Shown piece after piece: positions 8,172 to 17,298 of a DNA stretch of 64,000 bases. Each line of letters opens with the position of its first letter. The stretch's first letter is position 1. The notes beneath the pieces were generated by a model that was not told the origin of the DNA, made no database searches, and saw only the letters and a program-made list of their open reading frames with translations. Source of the DNA: Styela clava (taxonomy: Eukaryota); assembly GCF_964204865.1 (NCBI RefSeq), contig NC_135253.1:23312001-23376000 (forward strand). The letters run 5' to 3'. A program made the translations under genes and the position numbers.

Positions 8172-8458
8172 TATTTTTTATTGCATTTTCCATACTCCAA
8201 TTCGTAGAATATTTCAATTCGTTCGTCCTAACCCTCTCTTATCTTTTGGCTTTGCGCGAGACACACCGCGGGCGGGCCTCGTTTGTTGTCGCCGACTTCT
8301 GCTTCTCGTTTTAGTATTCATTCGTACGCTTTGGCATAGATCGTGCAACCGAATGGGCTTCAAAACATTGGAAATCATTATTGCTGTTTTGATTAAGGCA
8401 ACCCCTCACCGGGTTAGGCCCTCGACAGCAACGAAGCAAGAAGAAAAGGAAGAAGAAG

Positions 8459-9937
8459 ATGAACTACGCCGAAGCCGCCTCAACAACGCCTACACCTACA
8501 AGCGAAGAAACGACTGCACCGACTACACGACCTCGCACTCTGTTCCTGACAACCACCAAAGACCTGGACTTCCCTCGACTGTTCGACATCCTGAAGACCG
8601 ACTCAGCGTCCCGCAACTATGTCGACAACATCACGGGACTGTTCGAGGGAAGGAAAGGTCAGTGGATTTGTACTTTTGCCGCCACCGACGAACCCAACTC
8701 TAGCTGTCGCGAGCAATTTATGCACGACACAAAGGGTGAAATAAGAGTTTCAGACGGTACTATTACGGTATCGCTGCCAACCGAAGCACCTGTCCGAATA
8801 TCCATTCGAGGGATACCGGGTGAAACTTCCTACAGCAAGGCCGTGTCGACAATCGAACGACTGCAGTGCGGAAAAGTCCGGAATGCCACCAGAAACTGGT
8901 ACAGAGGTACGTCCATTTATAACGGATACACTTCCTTTTTTATTGAAAATTTTAAAAAGGACAGGTTACCAGATTACTTGGTCATCGACGGGAAAAGCTG
9001 CAAAACTTACCTGCCCAGGGAATTATACGTGCCAACCTGTGGTAGGTGTTTGAAATCCGGTCACAACTTCACCGAATGCGAAAGCGAACCAGTCTGTCGC
9101 TACTGCAAACAACTGGGCCATCTTTTAAAAGAGTGTCCATCCAGAAGGAAAGAATTTCCATCAATTTCCGGATCTACATGGACCTTTCCAAGACGTCGAA
9201 AACAGCAATCAGAAAACCCACCTTTTTCGGAACAACCAAGTAACCAAAATGCTTCACAACCTGCAACAGTATCGGGTTTACAAAATGCTTCACAACCTGG
9301 ACTAATTTCGGATTTACAAATTGCTACACAACCTGGACTAATTTCGGATTTACAAAACAACCAAAATGCCGTACAACCTACAAAACCGGATATACCAAAC
9401 GATCAAATGGATTTACAACCTGAATCGACCACTCTTACTCCGCATGACAACAGGATTGATCCAACCTCGAATGTGATCGAATTTTCCTCTTCAACCGAAT
9501 CAACCGACTTGAAAGAAATCAGCAACTGGTCGGAGTGCGAGGATGTGGGAAGCGTTATAAGCCCTCTGTCAACACCGCCGAGTCAGCCGCAACTCAAACA
9601 AACAAGGCAATCTTCCAGACTCAAACAGTCATCGACGATTGGAAACACCCCGTTTCATCCTACATCCAAAGGCAACCCTTATGTAAAAGTGATGGTGCAC
9701 AACATCCAGCCACCGGACTTAACAACATCTTCCGTCTTCTCCACTGCACCAGATGAAATATCCTCCGCACCGGCTAATCTGGAATACAACAAATCAAAAT
9801 CCAAAACCGTGGACTTACCTGCCAAAAATCTTGACAATTCGGATTATACTATTAAAAGAAGCCGTGAAGAAACGTCATCAGACTCGTCATTTTCAACCAC
9901 TTTAGAATTTAGACTTGTTGGCAAAAAGAAAAAATAG
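8459..9937 (+). CDS. N1 ORF1 (492 aa), zinc-knuckle protein homologous to B1/B2 ORF1
   Basis: CGRCLKSGHNFTEC, CRYCKQLGHLLKEC; shares RPRTLFL, STIGNTPFH and NWSECED with B1. Confidence 0.93.
   Translation: MNYAEAASTTPTPTSEETTAPTTRPRTLFLTTTKDLDFPRLFDILKTDSASRNYVDNITGLFEGRKGQWICTFAATDEPNSSCREQFMHDTKGEIRVSDGTITVSLPTEAPVRISIRGIPGETSYSKAVSTIERLQCGKVRNATRNWYRGTSIYNGYTSFFIENFKKDRLPDYLVIDGKSCKTYLPRELYVPTCGRCLKSGHNFTECESEPVCRYCKQLGHLLKECPSRRKEFPSISGSTWTFPRRRKQQSENPPFSEQPSNQNASQPATVSGLQNASQPGLISDLQIATQPGLISDLQNNQNAVQPTKPDIPNDQMDLQPESTTLTPHDNRIDPTSNVIEFSSSTESTDLKEISNWSECEDVGSVISPLSTPPSQPQLKQTRQSSRLKQSSTIGNTPFHPTSKGNPYVKVMVHNIQPPDLTTSSVFSTAPDEISSAPANLEYNKSKSKTVDLPAKNLDNSDYTIKRSREETSSDSSFSTTLEFRLVGKKKK
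9245..9360 (+). repeat. 36-bp coding minisatellite (QNASQPGLISDL-like)
   Basis: Three units here; copy number differs among N1 copies. Confidence 0.85.
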
Positions 9938-10221
9938 TTATAAGTTAATTCGGACCCCACAAATCAAAATTCTGTAATCTGGACATTTAATTCGGCCTTT
10001 AAACATCGAGCGTAAAACAAACTGCCCAGTTGATGGCATAAAACTCAACTTGATAATACCATCCTACTTATAGCGGGTGTGATGAATGGAAGACTACCTC
10101 TTCATGTGGTATATAAAATGGTGATCTCTATGGCAAAGAGAAGGGATCCATATAACTTCCTTCGGCATAGTCTGGGTATGAAGGCAATTGGGCTGGATTC
10201 CAGACTTTGTCGTTCTGATCC

Positions 10222-10259
<38 letters not shown>

Positions 10260-10510
10260 AGCTAGAGCCCGAGCTATTGCTCGTAATTTTATACTGCACA
10301 TTCCAGATCGAAGTGGTTCGCGCTAACTCCTTCGTGACTTCTTATTCTCGCTAGTACGAGACTTCTCGCGAAGTGAACGAGATAACAACGCGACGTGATA
10401 CATCCTTTGTTGTCGCCGACTGACTTCTGCTCCCTTAGATTGTTGTCTTACATACATACATGTCTTGTTGGAATAGATTGTGCAACCGAATGGGCTACAA
10501 ACCAGTGACT

Positions 10511-10556
10511 ATCATTATTCGCTGTATAATTAAGGTAAGTTCTGGAGCCGCGGCTC
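10511..10556 (+). ncRNA. SL RNA gene, alpha
   Basis: Exon, donor 10535, hairpin. Confidence 0.8.
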
Positions 10557-10818
10557 GTTATTTAATATCGCACTCTTCGGTTGGAAGAAAACGCGTTCAT
10601 TTTGTCCACGTTAACCCTTTCGTGACTTGACCTGTCAAAAAACCTTTCCGTGGGACCAACGAGTTAACCCGCGCAGGTGCACTTCGTTTGATGGTTGCCG
10701 ACATCGCGGCGAGTCAGGTTTCTGCGTTACTCGCTGTGTATGTCCAGACTGCTCGTCCAAGAACTTCAAATCTTGTGAGCATAGACTGTGCAGCCGAATG
10801 AGTCTCAAAGCAATGGCT

Positions 10819-10870
10819 ATCATTATTCGCTATTTGATTAAGGTAAGCTAGCGCCCGAGCTGCGGTTCGG
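10819..10870 (+). ncRNA. SL RNA gene, beta
   Basis: Exon, donor 10843, hairpin. Confidence 0.8.
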
Positions 10871-11096
10871 TATTTTTTATTGCATTTTCCATACTCCAAT
10901 TCGTAGAATATTTCAATTCGTTCGTCCTAACCCTCTCTTATCTTTTGGCTTTGCGCGAGACACACCGCGGGCGGGCCTCGTTTGTTGTCGCCGACTTCTG
11001 CTTCTCGTTTTAGTATTCATTCGTACGCTTTGGCATAGATCGTGCAACCGAATGGGCTTCAAAATATTGGAAATCATTATTGCTGTTTTGATTAAG

Positions 11097-12884
11097 GCAA
11101 CCCCTCACCGGGTTAGGCCCTCGACAGCAACGAAGCAAGAAGAAAAGGAAGAAGAAGATGAACTACGCCGAAGCCGCCTCAACAACGCCTACACCTACAA
11201 GCGAAGAATCGACTGCACCGACTACACGACCTCGCACTCTGTTCCTGACAACCACCAAAGACCTGGACTTCCCTCGACTGTTCGACATCCTCAAGACCGA
11301 CTCAGCATCCCAAAACTACGTCGACAACATCACGGGACTGTTCGAGGGAAGAAAAGGTCAGTGGATATGTACTTTTGCCGCCACCGACGACCCCAACTCT
11401 AGCTGTCGCGAGCAATTCTTGCACGACACAAAGGGTGAAATAAGAGTTTTAGACGGTGCTATTACGGTATCCATGCCAACCGAAGCACCAGTCCGAATAT
11501 CCATTCGAGGGATACCGGGTGAAACTTCCTACAGCAAGGCCGTGTCGACAATCGAACGACTGCAGTGCGGAAAAGTCCGGAATGCCACCAGAAACTGGTA
11601 TAGAGGTACGTCCATTTATAACGGATACACTTCCTTTTTTATTGAAAATTTTAAAAAGGACAGGTTACCAGATTACTTGGTCATCGACGGGAAAAGCTGC
11701 AAAACTTACCTGCCCAGGGAATTATACGTGCCAACCTGTGGTAGGTGTTTGAAATCCGGTCACAACTTCACCGAATGCGAAAGCGAACCAGTCTGTCGCT
11801 ACTGCAAACAACTGGGCCATCTTTTAAAAGAGTGTCCATCCAGAAGGAAAGAATTTCCATCAATTTCCGGATCTACATGGACCTTTCCAAGACGTCAAAA
11901 ACAGCAATCAGAAAACCCACCTTTTTCGGAACAACCAAGTAACCAAAATGCTTCACATCCTGCAACAGTATCGGATTTACAAAATGCTACACAGCCTGGA
12001 CTAATTTCGGATTTACAAAACAACCAAAATGCCGTACAACCTACAAAACCGGATATACCAAACGATCAAATGGATTTACAACCTGAATCGACCACTCTTA
12101 CTCCGCATGACAACAGGATTGATCCAACCTCGAATGTGATCGAATTTTCCTCTTCCACCGAATCAACCGACTTAAAAGAAATCAGCAACTGGTCGGAGTG
12201 CGAGAATGTGGGAAGTGTTATAAGCCCTCTGTCAACACCGCCGAGTCAGCCGCAACTCAAACAAACAAGGCAATCTTCCAGACTCAAACAGTCATCGACG
12301 ATTGGAAACACCCCGTTTCATCCTACATCCAAAGGCAACCCTTATGTAAAAGTGATGGTGCACAACATCCAGCCACCGGACTTAACAACATCTTCCGTCT
12401 TCTCCACTGCACCTGATGAAATATCCTCCGCACCGGCTAATCTGGAATACAACAAATCAAAATCCAAAACCGTGGACTTACCTGCCGCAAATCTTGACAA
12501 TTCGGATTATGCTATTAAAAGAAGCCGTGAAGACACGTCATCGGACTCGTCATTTTCAACCACTTTAGAATTTAGACTTGTTGGCAAAAAGAAAAAATAG
12601 TTGTAAGTTAATTCGGACCCCACAAATCAAAATTCTGTAATCTGGACATTTAATTCGGCCTTTAAACATCGAGCGTAAAACAAACTGCCCAGTTGATGGC
12701 ATAAAACTCAACTTGATAATACCATCCTACTTATAGCGGGTGTGATGAATGGAAGACTACCTCTTCATGTGGTATATAAAATGGTGATCTCTATGGCAAA
12801 GAGAAGGGATCCAAATAACTTCCGTCGGCATAGTCTGGGTATGAAGGCAATTGGGCTGGATTCCAGACTTTGTCGTTCTGATCC

Positions 12885-12931
<47 letters not shown>
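11097..12931 (+). mobile_element. N1 ORF1-only element, full length
   Basis: Between gamma exon and gamma intron; poly(A) tail. Confidence 0.93.
11158..12600 (+). CDS. N1 ORF1 (480 aa)
   Basis: Intact ORF with two CCHC knuckles. Confidence 0.93.
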   Translation: MNYAEAASTTPTPTSEESTAPTTRPRTLFLTTTKDLDFPRLFDILKTDSASQNYVDNITGLFEGRKGQWICTFAATDDPNSSCREQFLHDTKGEIRVLDGAITVSMPTEAPVRISIRGIPGETSYSKAVSTIERLQCGKVRNATRNWYRGTSIYNGYTSFFIENFKKDRLPDYLVIDGKSCKTYLPRELYVPTCGRCLKSGHNFTECESEPVCRYCKQLGHLLKECPSRRKEFPSISGSTWTFPRRQKQQSENPPFSEQPSNQNASHPATVSDLQNATQPGLISDLQNNQNAVQPTKPDIPNDQMDLQPESTTLTPHDNRIDPTSNVIEFSSSTESTDLKEISNWSECENVGSVISPLSTPPSQPQLKQTRQSSRLKQSSTIGNTPFHPTSKGNPYVKVMVHNIQPPDLTTSSVFSTAPDEISSAPANLEYNKSKSKTVDLPAANLDNSDYAIKRSREDTSSDSSFSTTLEFRLVGKKKK

Positions 12932-12935
<4 letters not shown>

Positions 12936-13185
12936 GCTAGAGCCCGAGCTATTGCTCGTTATTTTATACTGCACATTCCAGATCGAAGTGGTTCGCGCTA
13001 ACTCCTTCGTGACTTCTTATTCTCGCTAGTACGAGACTTCTCGCGAAGTGAACGAGATAACAACGCGACGTGATACATCCTTTGTTGTCGCCGACTGACT
13101 TCTGCTCCCTTAGATTGTTGTCTTACATACATACATGTCTTGTTGGAATAGATTGTGCAACCGAATGGGCTACAAACCAGTGACT

Positions 13186-13231
13186 ATCATTATTCGCTGT
13201 ATAATTAAGGTAAGTTCTGGAGCCGCGGCTC
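13186..13231 (+). ncRNA. SL RNA gene, alpha
   Basis: Exon, donor 13210, hairpin. Confidence 0.8.
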
Positions 13232-13493
13232 GTTATTTAATATCGCACTCTTCGGTTGGAAGAAAACGCGTTCATTTTGTCCACGTTAACCCTTTCGTGA
13301 CTTGACCTGTCAAAAAACCTTTCCGTGGGACCAACGAGTTAACCCGCGCAGGTGCACTTCGTTTGATGGTTGCCGACATCGCGGCGAGTCAGGTTTCTGC
13401 GTTACTCGCTGTGTATGTCCAGACTGCTCGTCCAAGAACTTCAAATCTTGTGAGCATAGACTGTGCAGCCGAATGAGTCTCAAAGCAATGGCT

Positions 13494-13545
13494 ATCATTA
13501 TTCGCTATTTGATTAAGGTAAGCTAGCGCCCGAGCTGCGGTTCGG
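13494..13545 (+). ncRNA. SL RNA gene, beta
   Basis: Exon, donor 13518, hairpin. Confidence 0.8.
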
Positions 13546-13771
13546 TATTTTTTATTGCATTTTCCATACTCCAATTCGTAGAATATTTCAATTCGTTCGT
13601 CCTAACCCTCTCTTATCTTTTGGCTTTGCGCGAGACACACCGCGGGCGGGCCTCGTTTGTTGTCGCCGACTTCTGCTTCTCGTTTTAGTATTCATTCGTA
13701 CGCTTTGGCATAGATCGTGCAACCGAATGGGCTTCAAAACATTGGAAATCATTATTGCTGTTTTGATTAAG

Positions 13772-15652
13772 GCAACCCCTCACCGGGTTAGGCCCTCGAC
13801 AGCAACGAAGCAAGAAGAAAAGGAAGAAGAAGATGAACTACGCCGAAGCCGCCTCAACAACGCCCACACCTACAAGCGAAGAAACGACTGCACCGACTAC
13901 ACGACCTCGCACTCTGTTCCTGACAACCACCAAAGACCTGGACTTCCCTCGACTGTTCGACATCCTCAAGACCGACTCAGCGTCCCGAAACTACGTCGAC
14001 AACATCACGGGACTGTTCGAGGGAAGAAAAGGTCAGTGGATTTGTACTTTTGCCGCCACCGACGAACCCAACTCTAGCTGTCGCGAGCAATTTATGCACG
14101 ACACAAAGGGTGAAATAAGAGTTTCAGACGGTACTATTACGGTATCGCTGCCTACCGAAGCACCAATCCGAATATCCATTCGGGGGATACCAGGTGAAAC
14201 TTCCTACAACAAGGCCGTGTCGACAATCGAACGACTGCAGTGCGGAAAAGTCCGGAATGCCACCAGAAACTGGTACAGAGGTACGTCCATTTATAACGGA
14301 TACACTTCCTTTTTTATTGAAAATTTTAAAAAGGACAGGTTACCAGATTACTTGGTCATTGACGGGAAAAGCTGCAAAACTTACCTGCCCAGGGAATTAT
14401 ATGTGCCAACCTGTGGTAGGTGTTTGAAATCCGGTCACAACTTTACCGAATGCGAAAGCGAACCAGTCTGTCGCTACTGCAAACAACCGGGCCATCTTTT
14501 AAAAGAGTGTCCATCCAGAAGGAAAGAATTTCCATCAATTTCCGGCTCTACATGGACCCTTCCACGACGTCGAAAACAGCTATCAGAAAACCCACCTCAT
14601 TTGGAACAACCAAGTAATCAAAATGCTTCACAACCTGCAACAGTATCGGATTTACAAAATGCCTCACAACCTGGACTAATTTCGGATTTACAAAGCGCTT
14701 CACAACCTGGACTAAATTCGGATTTACAAAATGCTACACAACCTGGACAAGTTTCGGAATTACAAGTCAACCAAAATGCCGTACAACCTACACTACAAAC
14801 TACAAAACCGGATATACCAGTCGATCAAATGGATTTACAACCTGAATCGACCATTCTTGGACATACTCCGCATGACAACAGGATTGATCCAACCTCGGAT
14901 GTAATCGAATTTTCTTCCTCCACCGATTCAACCGACTTAAAAGAAGTTAGTAATTGGTCGGAGTGCGAGGATGTGGGAAGCGTTATAAGCCCTCTGTTAA
15001 CACCGCCGAGTCAGCCGCAACTCAAACAAACAAGGCAATCGTCAAGACTAAAACAATCATCGACGATTGGAAACACCCCCTTTCATCCTCCATCGAAAGG
15101 CAACCCTTATGTAAGAGTGATGGTGCACAACATCCAGCCACCGGACTTAACAACATCTTCCGTTTTTTCTACTACACCTGATGAAATATCTTCCGCACCG
15201 GCTAATCTAGAATACAACCAACCAAAATCCAAAACCGTGGACTTACCTGAACCAAATCTCGACAATTCGGATTATGCTAATAAAAGAAGCCGTGAAGAAA
15301 CGTCATCAGACTCGTCATTTTCGACCACTTTGGAATTTAGACTTGTTGGCAAAAAGAAAAAATAGTGGTAAGTTAATTCGGACCCCACAAATCAAAATTC
15401 TGTAACCTGGACATTTAATTCGGCCTTTAAACATCGAGCGTAAAACAAACTGCCCAGTTGATGGCATAAAACTCAACTTGATAATACCATCCCACTTATA
15501 GCGGATGTGATGAATGGAAGACTACCTCTTCATGTGGTATATAAAATGGTGATCTCTATGGCAAAGAGAAGGGATCCATATAACTTCCGTCGGCATAGTC
15601 TGGGTATGAGGGCAATTGGGCTGGATTCCAGACTTTGTCGTTCTAATCCGTA

Positions 15653-15688
<36 letters not shown>
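13772..15688 (+). mobile_element. N1 ORF1-only element, full length (long allele)
   Basis: Between gamma exon and gamma intron; poly(A) tail. Confidence 0.93.
13833..15365 (+). CDS. N1 ORF1 (510 aa)
   Basis: Intact ORF with two CCHC knuckles and an expanded repeat. Confidence 0.93.
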   Translation: MNYAEAASTTPTPTSEETTAPTTRPRTLFLTTTKDLDFPRLFDILKTDSASRNYVDNITGLFEGRKGQWICTFAATDEPNSSCREQFMHDTKGEIRVSDGTITVSLPTEAPIRISIRGIPGETSYNKAVSTIERLQCGKVRNATRNWYRGTSIYNGYTSFFIENFKKDRLPDYLVIDGKSCKTYLPRELYVPTCGRCLKSGHNFTECESEPVCRYCKQPGHLLKECPSRRKEFPSISGSTWTLPRRRKQLSENPPHLEQPSNQNASQPATVSDLQNASQPGLISDLQSASQPGLNSDLQNATQPGQVSELQVNQNAVQPTLQTTKPDIPVDQMDLQPESTILGHTPHDNRIDPTSDVIEFSSSTDSTDLKEVSNWSECEDVGSVISPLLTPPSQPQLKQTRQSSRLKQSSTIGNTPFHPPSKGNPYVRVMVHNIQPPDLTTSSVFSTTPDEISSAPANLEYNQPKSKTVDLPEPNLDNSDYANKRSREETSSDSSFSTTLEFRLVGKKKK

Positions 15689-15692
<4 letters not shown>

Positions 15693-15942
15693 GCTAGAGC
15701 CCGAGCTATTGCTCGTTATTTTATACTGCACATTCCAGATCGAAGTGGTTCGCGCTAACCCCTTCGTGACTTCTTATTCTCGCTAGTACGAGACTTCTCG
15801 CGAAGTGAACGAGATAACAACGCGACGTGATACATCCTTTGTTGTCGCCGACTGACTTCTGCTCCCTTAGATTGTTGTCTTACATACATACATGTCTTGT
15901 TGGAATAGATTGTGCAACCGAATGGGCTACAAACCAGTGACT

Positions 15943-15988
15943 ATCATTATTCGCTGTATAATTAAGGTAAGTTCTGGAGCCGCGGCTC
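15943..15988 (+). ncRNA. SL RNA gene, alpha
   Basis: Exon, donor 15967, hairpin. Confidence 0.8.
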
Positions 15989-16250
15989 GTTATTTAATAT
16001 CGCACTCTTCGGTTGGAAGAAAACGCGTTCATTTTGTCCACGTTAACCCTTTCGTGACTTGACCTGTCAAAAAACCTTTCCGTGGGACCAACGAGTTAAC
16101 CCGCGCAGGTGCACTTCGTTTGATGGTTGCCGACATCGCGGCGAGTCAGGTTTCTGCGTTACTCGCTGTGTATGTCCAGACTGCTCGTCCAAGAACTTCA
16201 AATCTTGTGAGCATAGACTGTGCAGCCGAATGAGTCTCAAAGCAATGGCT

Positions 16251-16302
16251 ATCATTATTCGCTATTTGATTAAGGTAAGCTAGCGCCCGAGCTGCGGTTC
16301 GG
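16251..16302 (+). ncRNA. SL RNA gene, beta
   Basis: Exon, donor 16275, hairpin. Confidence 0.8.
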
Positions 16303-16504
16303 TATTTTTTATTGCATTTTCCATACTCCAATTCGTAGAATATTTCAATTCGTTCGTCCTAACCCTCTCTTATCTTTTGGCTTTGCGCGAGACACACCGC
16401 GGGCGGGCCTCGTTTGTTGTCGCCGACTTCTGCTTCTCGTTTTAGTATTCATTCGTACGCTTTGGCATAGATCGTGCAACCGAATGGGCTTCAAAACATT
16501 GGAA

Positions 16505-16555
16505 ATCATTATTGCTGTTTTGATTAAGGTAAGCTAGAGCCCGAGCTATTGCTCG
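16505..16555 (+). ncRNA. SL RNA gene, gamma
   Basis: Exon, donor 16529, hairpin. Confidence 0.8.
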
Positions 16556-16782
16556 TTATTTTATACTGCACATTCCAGATCGAAGTGGTTCGCGCTAACC
16601 CCTTCGTGACTTCTTATTCTCGCTAGTACGAGACTTCTCGCGAAGTGAACGAGATAACAACGCGACGTGATACATCCTTTGTTGTCGCCGACTGACTTCT
16701 GCTCCCTTAGATTGTTGTCTTACATACATACATGTCTTGTTGGAATAGATTGTGCAACCGAATGGGCTACAAACCAGTGACT

Positions 16783-16828
16783 ATCATTATTCGCTGTATA
16801 ATTAAGGTAAGTTCTGGAGCCGCGGCTC
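16783..16828 (+). ncRNA. SL RNA gene, alpha
   Basis: Exon, donor 16807, hairpin. Confidence 0.8.
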
Positions 16829-17081
16829 GTTATTTAATATCGCACTCTTCGGTTGGAAGAAAACGCGTTCATTTTGTCCACGTTAACCCTTTCGTGACTT
16901 GACCTGTCAAAAAACCTTTCCGTGGGACCAACGAGTTAACCCGCGCAGGTGCACTTCGTTTGATGGTTGCCGACATCGCGGCGAGTCAGGTTTCTGCTGT
17001 GTATGTCCAGACTGCTCGTCCAAGAACTTCAAATCTTGTGAGCATAGACTGTGCAGCCGAATGAGTCTCAAAGCAATGGCT

Positions 17082-17133
17082 ATCATTATTCGCTATTTGA
17101 TTAAGGTAAGCTAGCGCCCGAGCTGCGGTTCGG
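17082..17133 (+). ncRNA. SL RNA gene, beta
   Basis: Exon, donor 17106, hairpin. Confidence 0.8.
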
Positions 17134-17298
17134 TATTTTTTATTGCATTTTCCATACTCCAATTCGTAGAATATTTCAATTCGTTCGTCCTAACCCTCTC
17201 TTATCTTTTGGCTTTGCGCGAGACACACCGCGGGCGGGCCTCGTTTGTTGTCGCCGACTTCTGCTTCTCGTTTTAGTATTCATTCGTACGCTTTGGCA

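Larger units (their letters stand above)
7304..8397 (+). repeat. SL RNA gene array segment (beta intron, gamma, alpha, beta, gamma exon)
   Basis: Donor positions 7558, 7836, 8144, 8398 give spacings 278+308+254 = 840 bp. Confidence 0.93.
8398..10257 (+). mobile_element. N1 ORF1-only element, full length
   Basis: Fused to the gamma exon end; single ORF; poly(A) followed by (G)TAAGCTAGAG. Confidence 0.93.
10258..11096 (+). repeat. SL RNA gene array segment (one trimer)
   Basis: Donors at 10535 and 10843; gamma exon 11073-11096. Confidence 0.93.
12932..13771 (+). repeat. SL RNA gene array segment (one trimer, 840 bp)
   Basis: Donors at 13210 and 13518; gamma exon 13748-13771. Confidence 0.93.
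15689..17298 (+). repeat. SL RNA gene array segment (about 1.9 trimers)
   Basis: Donors at 15967, 16275, 16529, 16807, 17106; 9-bp spacer deletion near 16997. Confidence 0.93.

Noticed and set aside
7558-8397. 5S rRNA, tRNA or U snRNA genes linked to the SL repeat
   Set aside because: I could not recognise 5S, tRNA A/B boxes or U snRNA sequence on either strand; an Rfam scan would settle it
8353-8703. 116-aa ORF (MGFKTLEII...) spanning SL exon into N1
   Set aside because: Its ATG lies in the promoter element upstream of the inferred transcription start; overlaps ORF1 out of frame
16990-17005. 9-bp deletion in one beta upstream spacer
   Set aside because: Lies between the conserved promoter blocks; looks like ordinary array variation
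15689-17298. CRISPR-like appearance (short repeat with spacers)
   Set aside because: Spacers are 250-300 bp and themselves repeat with period 840; no cas genes; eukaryotic context
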